Shown: in pieces, positions 12,761 to 25,658 of the stretch
How the letters are laid out: each line of letters opens with the position of its first letter
Numbering within the stretch: position 1 is the stretch's first letter
NCBI RefSeq assembly: GCF_036365525.1
Contig: NC_090377.1
Location: forward strand, 39,028,201-39,092,200
Origin: Heterodontus francisci
Taxonomy: Eukaryota
Reading direction: 5' to 3'
Length of the DNA stretch: 64,000 bases
Made by a program: the position numbers and the translations under genes
Notes under the pieces: model-generated
Seen by the model: only the letters and a program-made list of their open reading frames with translations
Told to the model about the DNA's origin: nothing
Databases searched by the model: none

Positions 12761-12979
12761 CAGACTAATTATGGGCTCGCGTTTGGAATCATATTAATTG
12801 CTCATCTCTGGGATTACATATAAATCGGGTCTTGCATCTGGCATCATATAAATTTCTCTCGTGTCTGGGATCATATTAATTGGAAACTCAATTGTCGGGA
12901 TCCAAATCTAATGCCAATTACAGAAAAAATAAAAGGAACCAGGTTTCTTGTGTAATACAGTACAGTCTATACCATTATA

Positions 12980-14130
12980 ATGGCATTAGCAGTTGCAGCA
13001 GTTTTTCTTGGAAAGGAGAATGTGTCCTTCAGTGACTTGACAACTTGAACTAAGAATAAACTAAAAGAACTGGCGGAACAATTGGGGTTCGAATTGAAAT
13101 CAGGTGCCAAAAAGGCAGTGATAATTGATGTAATAGCCCAACATCTAAAATTAGAAGAAGAAGAAGATAGTAAGTCAGAGAGTGATGCAGTAGTATTGAC
13201 TGGGATTCAGTTATAAATGGAAAAACTTAGGGTTCAATGGGAAAAAGAAAGAGCAATAAGAAAACTTGAATTGGAAAAAGAGGCAAGGGAGAAAGAGAAA
13301 GCATTTCAGAGTGAAAGAAAAGAGAGGAAATTTAGGTTAAGAGAGATGGAACTAAGACAAAGGGTGGTTTTGACTCCAGGCAAAGTTTAGGTCAGGAAAA
13401 ACTCAACCCAGCAAAAAGTTGTTTAAATTTATAAAAGCTCTTCCTAAGTTTGAAGTTTGAGGAAAGGGAAGTAGCGGCATTTTTCAAATCTTTTGAAAAA
13501 ATAGCCAAACAGATGAAATGGCCAAAGGAAAACTGCAAAGCAGGTTGATAGGCAGAGCTCATGAAGTTTATACCATGCTTCCTGAAGAGGTTTCTGCAGA
13601 TTATGAGATGGCAAAAAAGGCTATTCTCACTGCATATGAGTTAGTCCCTGAAGTTTACCGTCAGAAGTTTCAGAGCTTACGGAGATTGGCTGGGCAGACA
13701 TATGTAGAATTTGAGAGGCTGAAGCAAATTAGTTTTGGCTGTTAGATATGGGCATGAAAGATGGAAACTACATTTGACAACCTTCGAGAGTTGATTCTGT
13801 TAGAAGAGCTTAAAAATTCCATTCCTTCAGTAGAGAGAACTAGTGTAGATAACCTGAAAGTTTTGAACACGAGGCAAGCAGCAGAAATTGCTGATGATTT
13901 TGAACTTGTGAATAAGCCAAAACCTTTTGTCCATTACCCCCTAAGAAGTATAGCAGGTAGGAGAGTGAAAGGAAGACAAGTAGCTGCGGACAAGAAGGAA
14001 CAGCTGGGAATGCCCCAGGATCAATTTCTCAGGCCAGAAAGGAAGGTGCTGAGGGTAGAAGTGAGGTTCGCAATCTAAAATTATCATTGCCACAAAATGG
14101 GTAATCTTCGTTCAAAGTGCTGGAAATTGT
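12980..14130 (+). pseudogene. Retrotransposon gag with SCAN-like region and zinc knuckle (disrupted)
   Basis: KKAILTAYELVPEVYRQKFQSL...LRELILLEELKNSIP; decayed knuckle YHCHKMGNLRSKC near 14082-14120; stops and frameshifts. Confidence 0.8.
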
Positions 14131-14299
14131 GAGGTAAACCCATAGGACTGGTTGGGGTACGCAAAGCTAATGCAGAGGAAAAGACTGACTGAAAGTATAG
14201 CAGACCAGGCTATAGCTTTAACAGCAGCTGTAAAACCAGATAAAAAAACTAAAATAAGTGTAGAGGTTAGGAATAAGATACCCGAAAGTTATAATGAAT

Positions 14300-16840
14300 T
14301 TTTGTCAAAGGGGAAAGTAACTCCATATCCTTTAAGTGAGGCTGAAAAACCTATCATTATATTCAGGGATACAGCAGCAACCTAAACACTCTCGCTGGGG
14401 AAATATATAACATTTCCACCAGAGAGCGCCATGAACGCTAAGGTTTTAGTTAATAAAGTTGGCGGGGAGTATATATACCTGTACCTTTCTATAAAGTACG
14501 CCTAGAGAGTGACTTAATATCTAGGGTGGTAACTGTAGGAGTCGTCCACAGTTTGTCAGTAGAGGGAATTGAACTACTCCTAGGAAATGATTTGGCCGGA
14601 TCAAAAGTATCAGTTTCTCCTATAATTACAGAGGAACCAAGTGAAGTTAGGGAAACGGAGCAATTACAGGAACAAGTTCCAGGAATATTTCCTGCATGTG
14701 TAGTCATCCAAGCAATGGCTAAACAGATAGCCAAGTATCTGAAACCTTATTTGGAGATTTAGATAATCCAAATGGTGTTTAACAGATTTTCTATAATTGC
14801 AGCACAGCAAGCTGATCCAGAGTTATACTGAATAGCACAGATGGCTCTGACAGAAGCTGAGGCGAAAGGAGTTCCAGAAAGCTATTATATGGCAAACGGG
14901 GTTTTGAGGAGGAAATGGAGACTGCCTCATAGACCTGTCGACGAAGACTGAACAGTTGTTGAACAGATAGTGGTATCACCTAAATATTGCCAGGGATTAT
15001 TAAGGTTAGCACATGACATTCCTTTTGCAGGACATAGGGGAATTCCGAAGACCAAACATTATCACTGGTCAGGCCTTACAAAGGACGTAAAGCAGTTTTG
15101 TAGGACTCAGGAACACCTTAAAGCATCCTGAGCCAATATGAAAAATGGGCAGACAAGAATGCAAAAATCTGTAATTTTCAAGTTGGGGATGAAGTATTGG
15201 TGTTGTTACTGTTATGGGGGGGACTAGTAAAAGCACGGTTTGGTGGCCCATATAGAGTGATCAAAAGACTGGGTAAGGTAGATTACTTGACTGACACCCT
15301 TGATCGCCGCAAGAACCGGTTGTGTCACATCAATATGTTAAAGCAGTATTGTCACAGGGAGGAGGATAAGTCAGTACAGGTCTGTCAGGTAATTGGGACA
15401 GTTGAGAAGGAAAAGGATAGTGAGGATGAGGCAGAAGGAGACCTAGACAATTCTCAGATTGAACCTTCAACTAACAGGTTAGCGAATACAGAATGGCTAG
15501 GAAAATTGGACAACATGCTTTTGCACTTAGGTCAAAACAAAGTTAAGACATAACCAGGCTTTTCACAACATTTAAAAGAGTTTGTAGGGATTAGCCGGGA
15601 TGTACACATGATGTGGATAAAGGGGGAACCGTTCCTTTAACACAACATCCTTACCGCTTAAGTCTGGACAAACAGGCCCAAGTAAAAGCAGAAATCCAAT
15701 ACCTGCTGGAAAACAATTTGATCGAACCTAGTCAAAGCAGATGGAGTTCACCAATAGTTCTAGTACCTAAACCTGACGGGTCAACCCGATCTTGTATAGA
15801 CTACAGAAAAGTCACTGCGGTAACAAAGGCAGACTCCTACCCAATTCTGCGATTAGAAGACTGTATCCATAGAGTGGGCAGTGCTAGGTTTCTTACCAAG
15901 ATCGACTTGTTAAAGGGATACAGGCTAGTTCCTTTGACCCCTCGAGCCAAAGAGATATCAGCTTTTGTAACACCCGACGGTCTTTATTCGTGCTGGGTGA
16001 TGCCATTAGGGCTAAAAAATGCCCTAGCCACTTTTCAAAGATTAATGAATCATGTGGTAGCCAGTGTTCCCAACTGTGTACTGTATCTTGATGATGTACT
16101 AATATACAGTAACATTTGGCAAGAAAACTTAAACCAGCTAAACATTCTATTTAAAAAGTTACAAGCAATGGACTTAGTGATAAATCTTGCAAAAAGCAAA
16201 TTCGGAAAATCAGGAGTAACTTTCCGCAGACACATAGCGGGGCAAGACCAGGTGTTGCCAAAAACGGCAAAGTTTCCAATCTTTGGTAGAGTTCCCTATC
16301 ACTAAATCTGAATGGGAAATAATGAGGTTTTTAGGGTTGCGCATTTTTTTACAGGAAATTTGTACGGAGTTTTAGTACTGTGGCTGCTCCATTAACTGAT
16401 TTGCTACAAAAAAAGAAAAACAAAATAGTATGGTCAGATGAATGCTGGGCAGCTTTTGAAAAGCTAAAGGCGATCTTAACTAATGAACCAGTGTTGACTA
16501 GCAACCTGGGGGTTGGTACAGTCCTATTGCAGGATGACAAATTGGGCATAGAGAAGCCAGTAGGGTACTTTTAAAGAAAACTAAATTGCCATCAAAAAAA
16601 GTATTCCACTGTGGAAAAAGAAACATTTTGCTGGTTGTCAAACATTTCGAAGACTATGTTCACCAAGGCTATAAAGAAACACTAATATACACTGACCATA
16701 GCCCATTAACGTTTGTGGAAAAATGTAAAAATTGAAATGCTAGAATATTTAGATGGAGTTTGTTGTCACAGTCTTATCATTTGAAAATTGTACATATTTA
16801 GGGGAAAAACAATGTTATCGCTGACGCATTGTCATGAATT
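14300..16840 (+). pseudogene. Retrotransposon pol: protease, partial integrase, RT, RNase H (disrupted)
   Basis: Protease IFRDTAA and LLLGNDL; integrase AHDIPFAGHRG and GPYRV...HINMLK; RT SRWSSPIVLVPK, IDYRK, KIDLLKGY, MPLGLKNA, YLDD; RNase H GVGTVLLQ, YSTVEKE, YTDH, NVIADALS. Confidence 0.9.
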
Positions 16841-17019
16841 TAACCATGTTAAGTTATATGGATGGCGATGGTACAAAGAAAATGCCGTAAATTATCAGTA
16901 GAGTGAATGGGTGCGTGAATGTGAAAACATGTTGAGTGTTTTTTTCCCAGTTTCTATTTTTTTCGCATTGTAATGAAACACATTTTAAGAATGGCGTTTC
17001 ATTTCGCCAAGGGCGGAGG

Positions 17020-17995
17020 TGTCATGGAACTGTTTCTTTTTTCTTCTCCTCAGATTAAAAACAGTGTGTGCCTTTAAGACTGAGCACAGGGTGCCAGCTG
17101 CACTTGTCCCTAGGCCACAGCAGGAGAAAGAGTTCACATGGTATAATGTTTTGATTTGACTGTGTGTAAAACTGGCAAAAAAGCAGCTGAAACCAGTTTT
17201 TGAGAGATTCTCCAGCGAGGGGTGCAATTGAAGACAGGAGCTGTCTATTCTCTCTCAGCAGAAATTCTACAAGGAGCTACAGGCCAAGCTAATTGCCTAA
17301 GGAGGACAAAAAAGACCTTTTTTGAAGAGACCGTTTATATTGCTGAAGGTAGCGAAACTCCTTTGCTTTACTTCCAATCCAGGAAGTATTTGCTTCAAGA
17401 TTGAATCTCCCTTGAATGATTGTGTTTGCTGGAAATCTAAGTAAAGTTTCTTTGGTTTTAAAATTCAAGTTGACCTATTGCTGTACTCATCGTTGAAAGA
17501 ACTGTTTGATGCCTGCTACAGCCGAAGTGTTTTGAAAGACTATCAAGAACAGACTTTTTCACTAAACCTGCTTGGTGACTCCGAGTGGCATTTGATGATT
17601 TTCACATTAGAATACCTCATCCATCAGGAACGTAACCCACAAAGACTTATTTTTATTTATTCTCAAGAAACAGTTAATTTTTAAAACATAATTTTTATTA
17701 AAGAAACCGGTTAACCGTTATTTTTGTGTGAAAGGGGGGAGTTAGGTTAAAATAAGAAGTTATAAGGTCTTTAGATTTAGGTTTATCTTAACAGTGTTTA
17801 AGATTTAGTTTTAATAAATAGTTAATTTGTTGTTGTCTAAAGATACCTGGTTTGGTCTGTTTTATTCCGAGGGTTACTAGAGTGTTTAATTTGGCTGTTT
17901 TCTGGTTGGGTGGCAAGAAGCTTTAATAATATGCTGCGACCTGTGGAGTGATGGGACTGAATTGACGGTGCATTGCTCCCGCCTCGATCGTAGTA
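17020..17995 (+). repeat. 3' LTR
   Basis: TGTCATGGAAC...ATCGTAGTA, preceded by the polypurine tract and followed by TSD CAAG. Confidence 0.92.
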
Positions 17996-18257
17996 CAAGC
18001 TTTTAAGGCCGTTATACCCTGACAATGTATCAAACCATTCTTCTTGTAATTTTCAGGTGTACCTTACCAATAGCCATATACTGAGTGCTCTTACTGTCCA
18101 CAATGTACACATCAGAAAGTAACACAGTCTGCTCCAACCAGGATTAGCTGTGCCATTCTAATATTTCATAACTCTTGATTAGACTAATAGAGGTTAAGGG
18201 GGAAGCATGCAGCACTTTTATTGGCATATGAAAAAATCATATGAAACCGTATAATGG

Positions 18258-18609
18258 TTTAGATTTAGTTTAGAGATACAGCACTGAAACAGGCCCTTCG
18301 GCCCACCGAGTCTGTGCCGACCATCAACCAACCATTTATACTAATCCTACACGAATCCCATATTCCAATAACATCCCCACCGGTCCCTATATATTTCCCT
18401 ACCACCTACCTATACTAGGGGCAATTTATAATGGCCAATTAACCTACCAACCTGCAAGTCTTTGGCATGTGGGAGGAAACCGGAGCACCCGGAGGAAACC
18501 CACGCAGACACAGGGAGAACTTGCAAACTCCGCACAGGCAGTACCCAGAATCGAACCCGGGTCCCTGGAGCTGTGAGTCTGCAGTGCTAACCACTGCGCC
18601 ACTGTGCCG
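18258..18609 (-). mobile_element. tRNA-derived SINE (HE1/V-SINE type)
   Basis: The - strand head has A-box-like TGGCGCAGTGG and B-box GGTTCGATTC, followed by a central core and a CR1-like 3' tail with TAAA-type repeats. Near-identical copies occur elsewhere in the window. Confidence 0.9.
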
Positions 18610-18826
18610 GTCTTGACCAAAAGGTGGCCTTTGCAGATATTTTTCCAATTTGATTATTTAATTAATACAATTAAAATGCTAAACTATAGCACTTGTTTGA
18701 CTGCAATGTATTCCAATTCTCATTTGCTTTTTGGAACAGTAACTTAAAATAAATAACCCAACCTACTAAAGCAGTAGATCATGTTTTGTTACAGTTTGTG
18801 GCTTTAACCAATATCCATTTCCACAG

Positions 18827-19041
18827 ATCATGTTCCCTTCAGGGGTATTTGTGCGTGCAGATGTAAGTGACTGGGGAATGAGCATAACAGTACGGGCGCC
18901 CAGCGTTGATTTCAACAATACTAGAGGTCTTTGTGGGATCTTTGACCGAAACAGTAATAATGACTTCCACAGTGCTGATGGGAATCCAATGATAGCTGCA
19001 CATTGGAACAATGACCCTAACGATTTCATTGAGGAATGGAG
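18827..19041 (+). CDS. VWDE: VWDE coding exon (end of VWD domain)
   Basis: ccacag|ATC; reads [47 protein letters not shown]...FIEEW(R); donor AG|gtacgc. Contains the GLCGxFD VWD motif. 215 nt. Confidence 0.96.
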
Positions 19042-19329
19042 GTACGCATTGGACCAAAACAGCTACTTTTGATTTTTTTTAAAATGAAGTGTCAACTGAA
19101 ATGGAGCTTTTGACAATACAAAGTGATGGATCATACAACGTGTGTGATGGATTGACTGGTGACGAATGGCTTCATCTAGCCACTGCTGGAAGTACTTTGC
19201 CTCAAACCATCAGGAAAGAAGAAGTTGGAGGCTTATGTACCGTCTGTTCCAGATACATGTTTCACTTCCATTTCACTTAAACAATAACCCTTATTTTAAG
19301 AGCGTTTTTTAAAATAAGTATACAATAAC

Positions 19330-20050
19330 TTAAGAAATAGGAGCCATTCAGCAATTCAAGCCTGCTCCGTCATTCAGTACAATCATGGCTGACCTTCTAT
19401 CTCAACTCCACCTTCCCGCACTATCCCCATATTCCTTAATCCCCTGAATATCCAAAAATCTACTGACCTTTGTCTTGAATTTTCTCAATGACAGCCTCCA
19501 AAGCCCTCCCGCGTAGAGAATTCCAAAGATCCATGACCCTTTAAATGAAGAAATTTCTCCTCATTTCATTCCTAAATGTCCAACCCCTTATTCTGAGACT
19601 GTGACCCTTTGTGTTAGACTGCCCAGCCAGAGGAAATATTTTCCCAGCATCTACACTATCAATCCCTTTAAAGAATTTTATGTTTCAGTGAGATCACCTC
19701 TTCTCAACTCTGGGGAATATACTCATTCTCTCCTCATAGGACAATGCCCTCATTCCAGGAATCAGTCTAGTGAACCTTTGTTGCACTCCCTTCAAGGTAA
19801 GTATATCCTTCCTTGGGTAAGGAGACCAAAACTGTACAGAGTACTCCAGGTGTGGTCTCACCAAGGCCCTATACAATTGCAGTAAGACTTTGCCATTCTT
19901 ATACACCAATCCCTTTGTTATAAACGCTAACATACCATTTACCTTCCTAATTGCTTATTGTGCCTGCATGTTGATTTTCTGTGATTCGTGTACAATGACA
20001 CCTAGGTCCCACCAAATATCAAACATTTCCAGCTTCTCACCGTTTTTTTT
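19330..20050 (-). mobile_element. 5'-truncated CR1 LINE
   Basis: Peptide LLQLYRALVRPHLEYSVQFWSP...VQQRFTRLIPGM. Confidence 0.9.
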
Positions 20051-20952
20051 AGCTTTTTGACCAAACTTGGACAATGTCACATGATGCACTGTCTCTGAGA
20101 GACCTTACTCTACATCCACACTGTCAAATCAACTTGAAATTGGCAAAAAAAAAACTAGATTTACAAAATGAATTTGCATGGAATAAAAAATGTTTTGAGC
20201 TCCAATTGTTTGTAAGTACATGACCTTTGTCAGGGAATAGTAGTTTATAGAAAGTAAATTATTTATAACATAACCAATGTAACTCAGTCAGAATAAAACC
20301 ATCAGTTAATGAAGTATATTGATTGTTATTGCTACTTGTTGTTCACCATTCTTATGTATAAATACTGAAAGGACTGTACCTGTTTACCAAATAATTTAAG
20401 TGAATTAACATTGAATTTACAATTCTGATAATTGCACAATTCAAACTCACTAATAATTAAAATTCAGACTGTTCCAGCAGTATGATCTTGTTCGTGGATA
20501 GTATTACTGAGCACATATCAGCTACTTACGTTTGTTTATAAAGGCTAAAGAGTCTGTTAAAAGAAATCTTGTACTGTTTGTAGTTGCTTTACGTTGCTAA
20601 TGCTTTTGGTTGATATCCTGTGATATGATAAGAAATGCTGAGATGATTTTCATACTTGCAGTGTTCCTTTGTCTTCCTTTTATGTTGTTAATACAAATAT
20701 CAGTCGTAGTGTCATATTTCTTGATGACAAGAACTTAATGTGCTAATGCACATGTCTTGTTGATATTGCAACTAGGCATAAAACATCTTTAGCTTTCTAC
20801 TCCTAGTAATTTAGAGTTTAATCTAAAATAACAGGACAAATGGTAACACAATAACAGAATACATATTCTCAAAGCAAATGTTTGTATGTAGATCAGAACG
20901 GTGGTTTGAAAAGAATGTTTATCATCTAAAATACTTTTTGTGTTTGTTTTAG

Positions 20953-21896
20953 AATACATCCAGGGGAGAGTTTGTTTGACAAGACTCCACAACCCTCTGT
21001 GAGAGAGAAAAGAAGAAATTATTGCAACTGTCAGAAGGAATATACAATGTCTCTCCATTCATTTAACAAGCTTACCAGTGGATATGGCCATTCACATCTA
21101 TCGTCTAGTTGCCAGGCCTACGACAATGTGGATTTTACTTCAATGATTCCTTTTTTGGATATTACTGCAGAATACATAAGCAATCCTGAACTGCCAGTAT
21201 TCAAAAAGCGTGATGTAACCCAGTCTTCTGAAAAGTCAGAAGGACATGCGGACCTGCTGAAATATGTTCAAACACAAGGCTCCACAGGCAAACTATTTAC
21301 TTCTATGGATCAGTCAGAGGCATCTTCCAGATGGCCGGACTTAATTGATTTGGTTGAACCAAAGGTTAGATTACGTAGAGTAAAAAGGCAGGGTTATTAT
21401 GAATACCTACCAATATTCACATTCCAGAGCCTTAGTCAAACTGATCTGGAAAGCTTAACTTACTTTTTCCCAGAAGACCATTTATCCGGGAACCGACCTG
21501 ATGTGCAACCAACATGGCCAACTCCAAGTGGACTGACATCAGCCAAGGCCCTAGAGGTTTGCCAACAAGCCTTGAGAAACTCTACAATTGGTATAGTGTG
21601 TCAAGATCTCCTTGGAAGAAAGCTTATTGAGGCTGTTGATCTGTGTATTTCAGACTTGCAACTTAAAGATGATCTTGCTTGGGAGGAAGGGATGCTGTCA
21701 TTTCTTGACAATGAATGTGAAAGAAAGCTTTTGGAAAACAGGGTTAAATGGGCCCATGGAACAGATGGTCCACATATTGATGAGATTGTTACAGCTCTCA
21801 GATGTCCTAATTTGTGCAGTGAGAATGGACAGTGTACAGCATGGGGCTGCCAGTGCTTTGCTGAGTACAGCTCCTATGACTGCAGCATTTCCAATG
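20953..21896 (+). CDS. VWDE: VWDE large coding exon (linker, Cys-rich region and EGF-like module)
   Basis: ttttag|A ATA; reads IHPGESLFDK...RVKRQ...SLSQTDLESLTYFFPEDH...WPTPSGLT...CPNLCSENGQCTAWGCQCFAEYSSYDCS; donor G|gtaagc. 944 nt open frame. Confidence 0.97.
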
Positions 21897-23460
21897 GTAA
21901 GCATAAAAATATTTTAATTATTGTAACTTCTTGAACAGAATAATCACCCTCAAAATACACTTCAGGTGCCAGAAGTTGAAGGTTCACAAAATCAAACTCC
22001 TCTTTAAACAAACCTGCTCTTTCAATTGCTAGTTTTACTGGAACAATCAATTCTAAGCATTAATGCTTTGCAAATCATACTGCAGGGGACAGATGTTCAA
22101 GTTCGCGTGCATTCGATTCATAAGCCAATCTACCAGGACTGTAAGAGAATCAGAGCCAAATCTAGGCTGCTAAAAATCACAGCCCTGATCTACTATGGAA
22201 ATGTAAAAATTTTGCTTTGCTTAATTATATATTTTGCCAGACTAGCTTGTTGCTTGATTCTGTTGCATGGCACAAGTTCAGATCAGGCTGGAATTCTGGC
22301 CCAGATTGTATCTTCGCCTTACTTCCTATGGTTACACATGATGGGCATTTTTGTTTTCAGCTGGATCAATATAGAGAAATAGCTGACTATCTCTCTCACT
22401 CCTCATGATTCATCCATTAGGATTAATATGCTGTTTGGATGGTCAAATATAAACACTAGGATCAGAATGATCTGAACTTTGGTTGTAAAGAAGAAAGTTA
22501 ATTGAAAAAAAAATCAGATGTTTGGATTAAAATTTGGCATTAGACCATCCAAATTGCATCAAAGCTAAACTAAATGCTTCTATGTTCTCAGTGTTTAACT
22601 GGAGGAAATTGTATTTCATCAAAGACTGGATAACGAATGAGCAGTCTCACAACAGAGAAGGATCAAGGGAGGTGATTCCAAAGCATTTCACATTGTCTTA
22701 ATCAAAGAAAGAACAAATTTTACCATTGATACTTAACATCCTGTAAGACAAGTTAGAATTTTGGTTGTCTTACAAGATGAAATGGATCCTATTGCACAGT
22801 TTCATATTAGGGATATTTAGTGGCACCTCTGAGAACTGTAACATCTTTGTCTAGTATCATCTTAAGTTTGTGTCAAAAACAAATCTGGTCACCCATTATA
22901 TATTTCTTTTAACAGTCTTACCTTAATGATCTGGTTTTAGCCATGGCACCAGATGATTTCAGTTTCACAGAGGTGTTTTGCGATCACATAAGGTTTACTG
23001 AAGCTGTAATCTGTTACATGAAGAAAAAGTACACTGTCACAAATAATGGAAGTAAACATGAGGCTTGCTTGCATACCAGTAAAACCTTTGCTTTCTGCTG
23101 GATAGAACAGATGTTGTCTTTTTATATATTTGTATTTTGCCTGAGACTGTTTGATACCTGGGCAGCATTACCTGTTGAGAGCTTCTAATGCATTCAGCTT
23201 CACATAGCTATTTGTGACTTTTCCAAGGATGGCAGCTGGTGCTGGTTAAGCGTCTTTTAAGAAATGTTAATGTGAAGTTCAAATGTGTCAGAAACCTGGC
23301 TCTATCCCAGCTTCTCCAAATTGATTCTCTTTCAGTAACTTGCATTTGGAAAAACATACCATACATTTTTGCACCTTTGAACAGTCCTGACCAGAGACCA
23401 AAGACAGAACAGGTGGGGGAATTTGGGTAGAGGCATTAGGTTAGGTGTGGCACATACATT

Positions 23461-23830
23461 TGAACATATGAACATACGAATTAGGAGCAGGAGTAGGCCA
23501 CTCAGCCCTCGAGCCTTCTCCGCCATTCAATAAGATCATGGCTGATCTGATTGTAACCTCGGCTCCACATTCCTGCCTACCCCGATAACCTTTCACCCCC
23601 TTGCTTATCAAGAATCTATCTACCTCTGCCTTAAAAATATTTAAAGACTCTGCTTCCACTGTCTTTTGAGGAAGAGTGTTCCAAAGACTCATGACCCTAT
23701 GCGAGAAAAAAAATTCTCCTAATCTGTCTTAAATGGGCGACCCCTTATATATAAACAGTGACCCCTAGTTCTAGATTCTCCCACCAGGGGAAATATCCTT
23801 TCCACATCCACCCTCTCAAGACCCCTCAGG
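23461..23830 (-). mobile_element. CR1 LINE 3' end
   Basis: Peptide SLWNTLPQKTVEAESLNIFKAEVDRFL; same subfamily as 42417-44267. Confidence 0.9.
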
Positions 23831-24510
23831 CACAGTAGCTGCATGGGTGGAAGGAAACCTGAAATGAGGCTGAGGCTGAACCTCTTGGTTGGACATAGAC
23901 ATATCAATAGCATGTGTTTATACTGTGCATTTCACCTAACAAATCATCTCAAAGGGCTGTGCAGGGGGGCAGTGGGCATTTGAGCAAGAGCCAGGTGAAA
24001 ATTTAGTGTCGGGCGATTAAAGCAGTGCCTGTAGAGTTTACAGGTGGCTTTTGAATGTGGGGTGAAGATCACAAGGCAAATAGAATCCCGCAGTGCAGGA
24101 GTGTGGTGGGTGATTAAGAATTTCAAATTAGAAAGAGCATATTGGTTTTAGCAACTTTCCAGCCAGCTAAATGTTATTTTGTTGAGAATAGAGCCACTTT
24201 CTCTTCCCAGTGGCGATGTTTTGACGGGGTGACATTACCACCCACCCTTCGGATAAAGCGCCAAACCTAACCCAGTTTCATGGGTCAGAGTTCATTTTGC
24301 TTGTATGGCAGCCTCCTTGTGGGATCACCATTGTCTCGATGGAACCCATCACTGCCCAACTACTGCTGTAGCACTAGATGATGCGGCTGGGCAGTTAAAT
24401 GGGCAGAAGCGCCCCAAAGTTCAGTTAATTTGCCATCTTGTAGCCCTCAGGAGGCCTACAAAACAAGAATGTAGTTGCTGAATTATGTGTGTAAAAACTC
24501 ATACATGCAC

Positions 24511-25658
24511 CAGCATTTGACCGAGTATGGCATCAAGGAGCCCTAGCAAAACTGACGTCAATGGGAATCAGGGGGAAAACCCTCTACTGGCTGGAGTCAT
24601 ACCTAGCACAAAGGAAGATGGTTGTGGTTGTTGGAGGACAATCATCTGAGCTCCAGGACATCACTGCTAGAGTTCCTCAGGGTAGTATCCTAGGCCCAAC
24701 CATCTTCAGCTGCTTCATCAATGACCTTCCTTCAATCATAAGGTCAGAAGTGGGGATGTTCGCTGATGATTGCATAATGTTCAGCAGCATTCGTGACTCC
24801 TCAGATACTGAAGCAGTCCGTGTAGAAATGCAGCAAGACCTGGACAATGTCCAGGCTTGGGCTGATAAGTGTCAAGTAGCATTTGCGCCACACAAGTGCC
24901 AGGCAATGACCATCTCCAACAAGAGAGAATCTAACCATCTCCCCTTGACATTCAACGGCATTACCATCGCTGAATCCCCCACTATCAACATCCTAGGGGC
25001 TACCATTGACCAGAAACTGAACTGGAGTAGCCATATAAATACCGTGGCTACAAGAGCAGGTCAGAGGCTAGGAATCCAGTGGCGAGTAACTCACCTCCTG
25101 ACTCCCCAAAGCCTGTCCACCTTCTACAAGGCACAAGTCAGGAGTGTGATGGAATACTCTCCACTTGCCTGGATGGATGCAGCTCCAACAACACTCAAGA
25201 AGCTCGACACCATCCAGGACAAAGCAGCCCACTCGATTGGCACCCCATCTACAAACATTCACTCCCTCCACCACCAACGCACAGTGGCAGCAGTGTGTAC
25301 CATCTACAAGATGCACTGCAGCAATGCACCAAGGCTCCTCAGACAGCACCTTCCAAACCCGCGACCTCTACCAACTAGAAGGACGAGGGCAGCAAATACA
25401 TGGGAACACCACCGCCTGCAAGTTCCCCTCCAAGTCACACACCATCCTGACTTGGAACTATATCGCCGTTCCTTCAGTCGTTCGGTCAAAATCCTGGAAC
25501 TCCCTTCCTAACAGCACTGTGGGTATACCTACCCCAAATGGACTGCAGCGGTTCAAGAAGGCAGCTCACCACCACCTTCTCAAGGGCAATTAGGGATGGG
25601 CAATAAATGCTGGCCTGACCAGCGACGGCCACATCCCATGAATGAATTTTTTAAAAAA
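24511..25658 (+). mobile_element. 5'-truncated CR1/L2-group LINE, RT largely open
   Basis: ORF 24561-25511 contains VPQGSILGP and FADD; the 3' UTR ends CCCATGAATGAAT. Same family as 60990-61848 and 63373-63795. Confidence 0.9.

Larger units (their letters stand above)
11107..17995 (+). mobile_element. Full-length decayed Gmr1-like Ty3/Gypsy LTR retrotransposon
   Basis: Two similar LTRs (11107-12733 and 17020-17995), 4-bp TSD CAAG, tRNA-Pro PBS at 12743-12760, polypurine tract AAGGGCGGAGG at 17009-17019. Internal order is gag - protease - integrase - RT - RNase H. Confidence 0.93.

Noticed and set aside
12734-12903. Repeat-spacer-like array as a possible CRISPR
   Set aside because: The context is eukaryotic, there are no cas genes, and the units are degenerate copies of one PBS-like sequence without unique spacers.
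24561-25511. 316-aa RT ORF as a functional gene
   Set aside because: It is a 5'-truncated LINE lacking the endonuclease and the RT N-terminus, and the C-terminus shifts frame.
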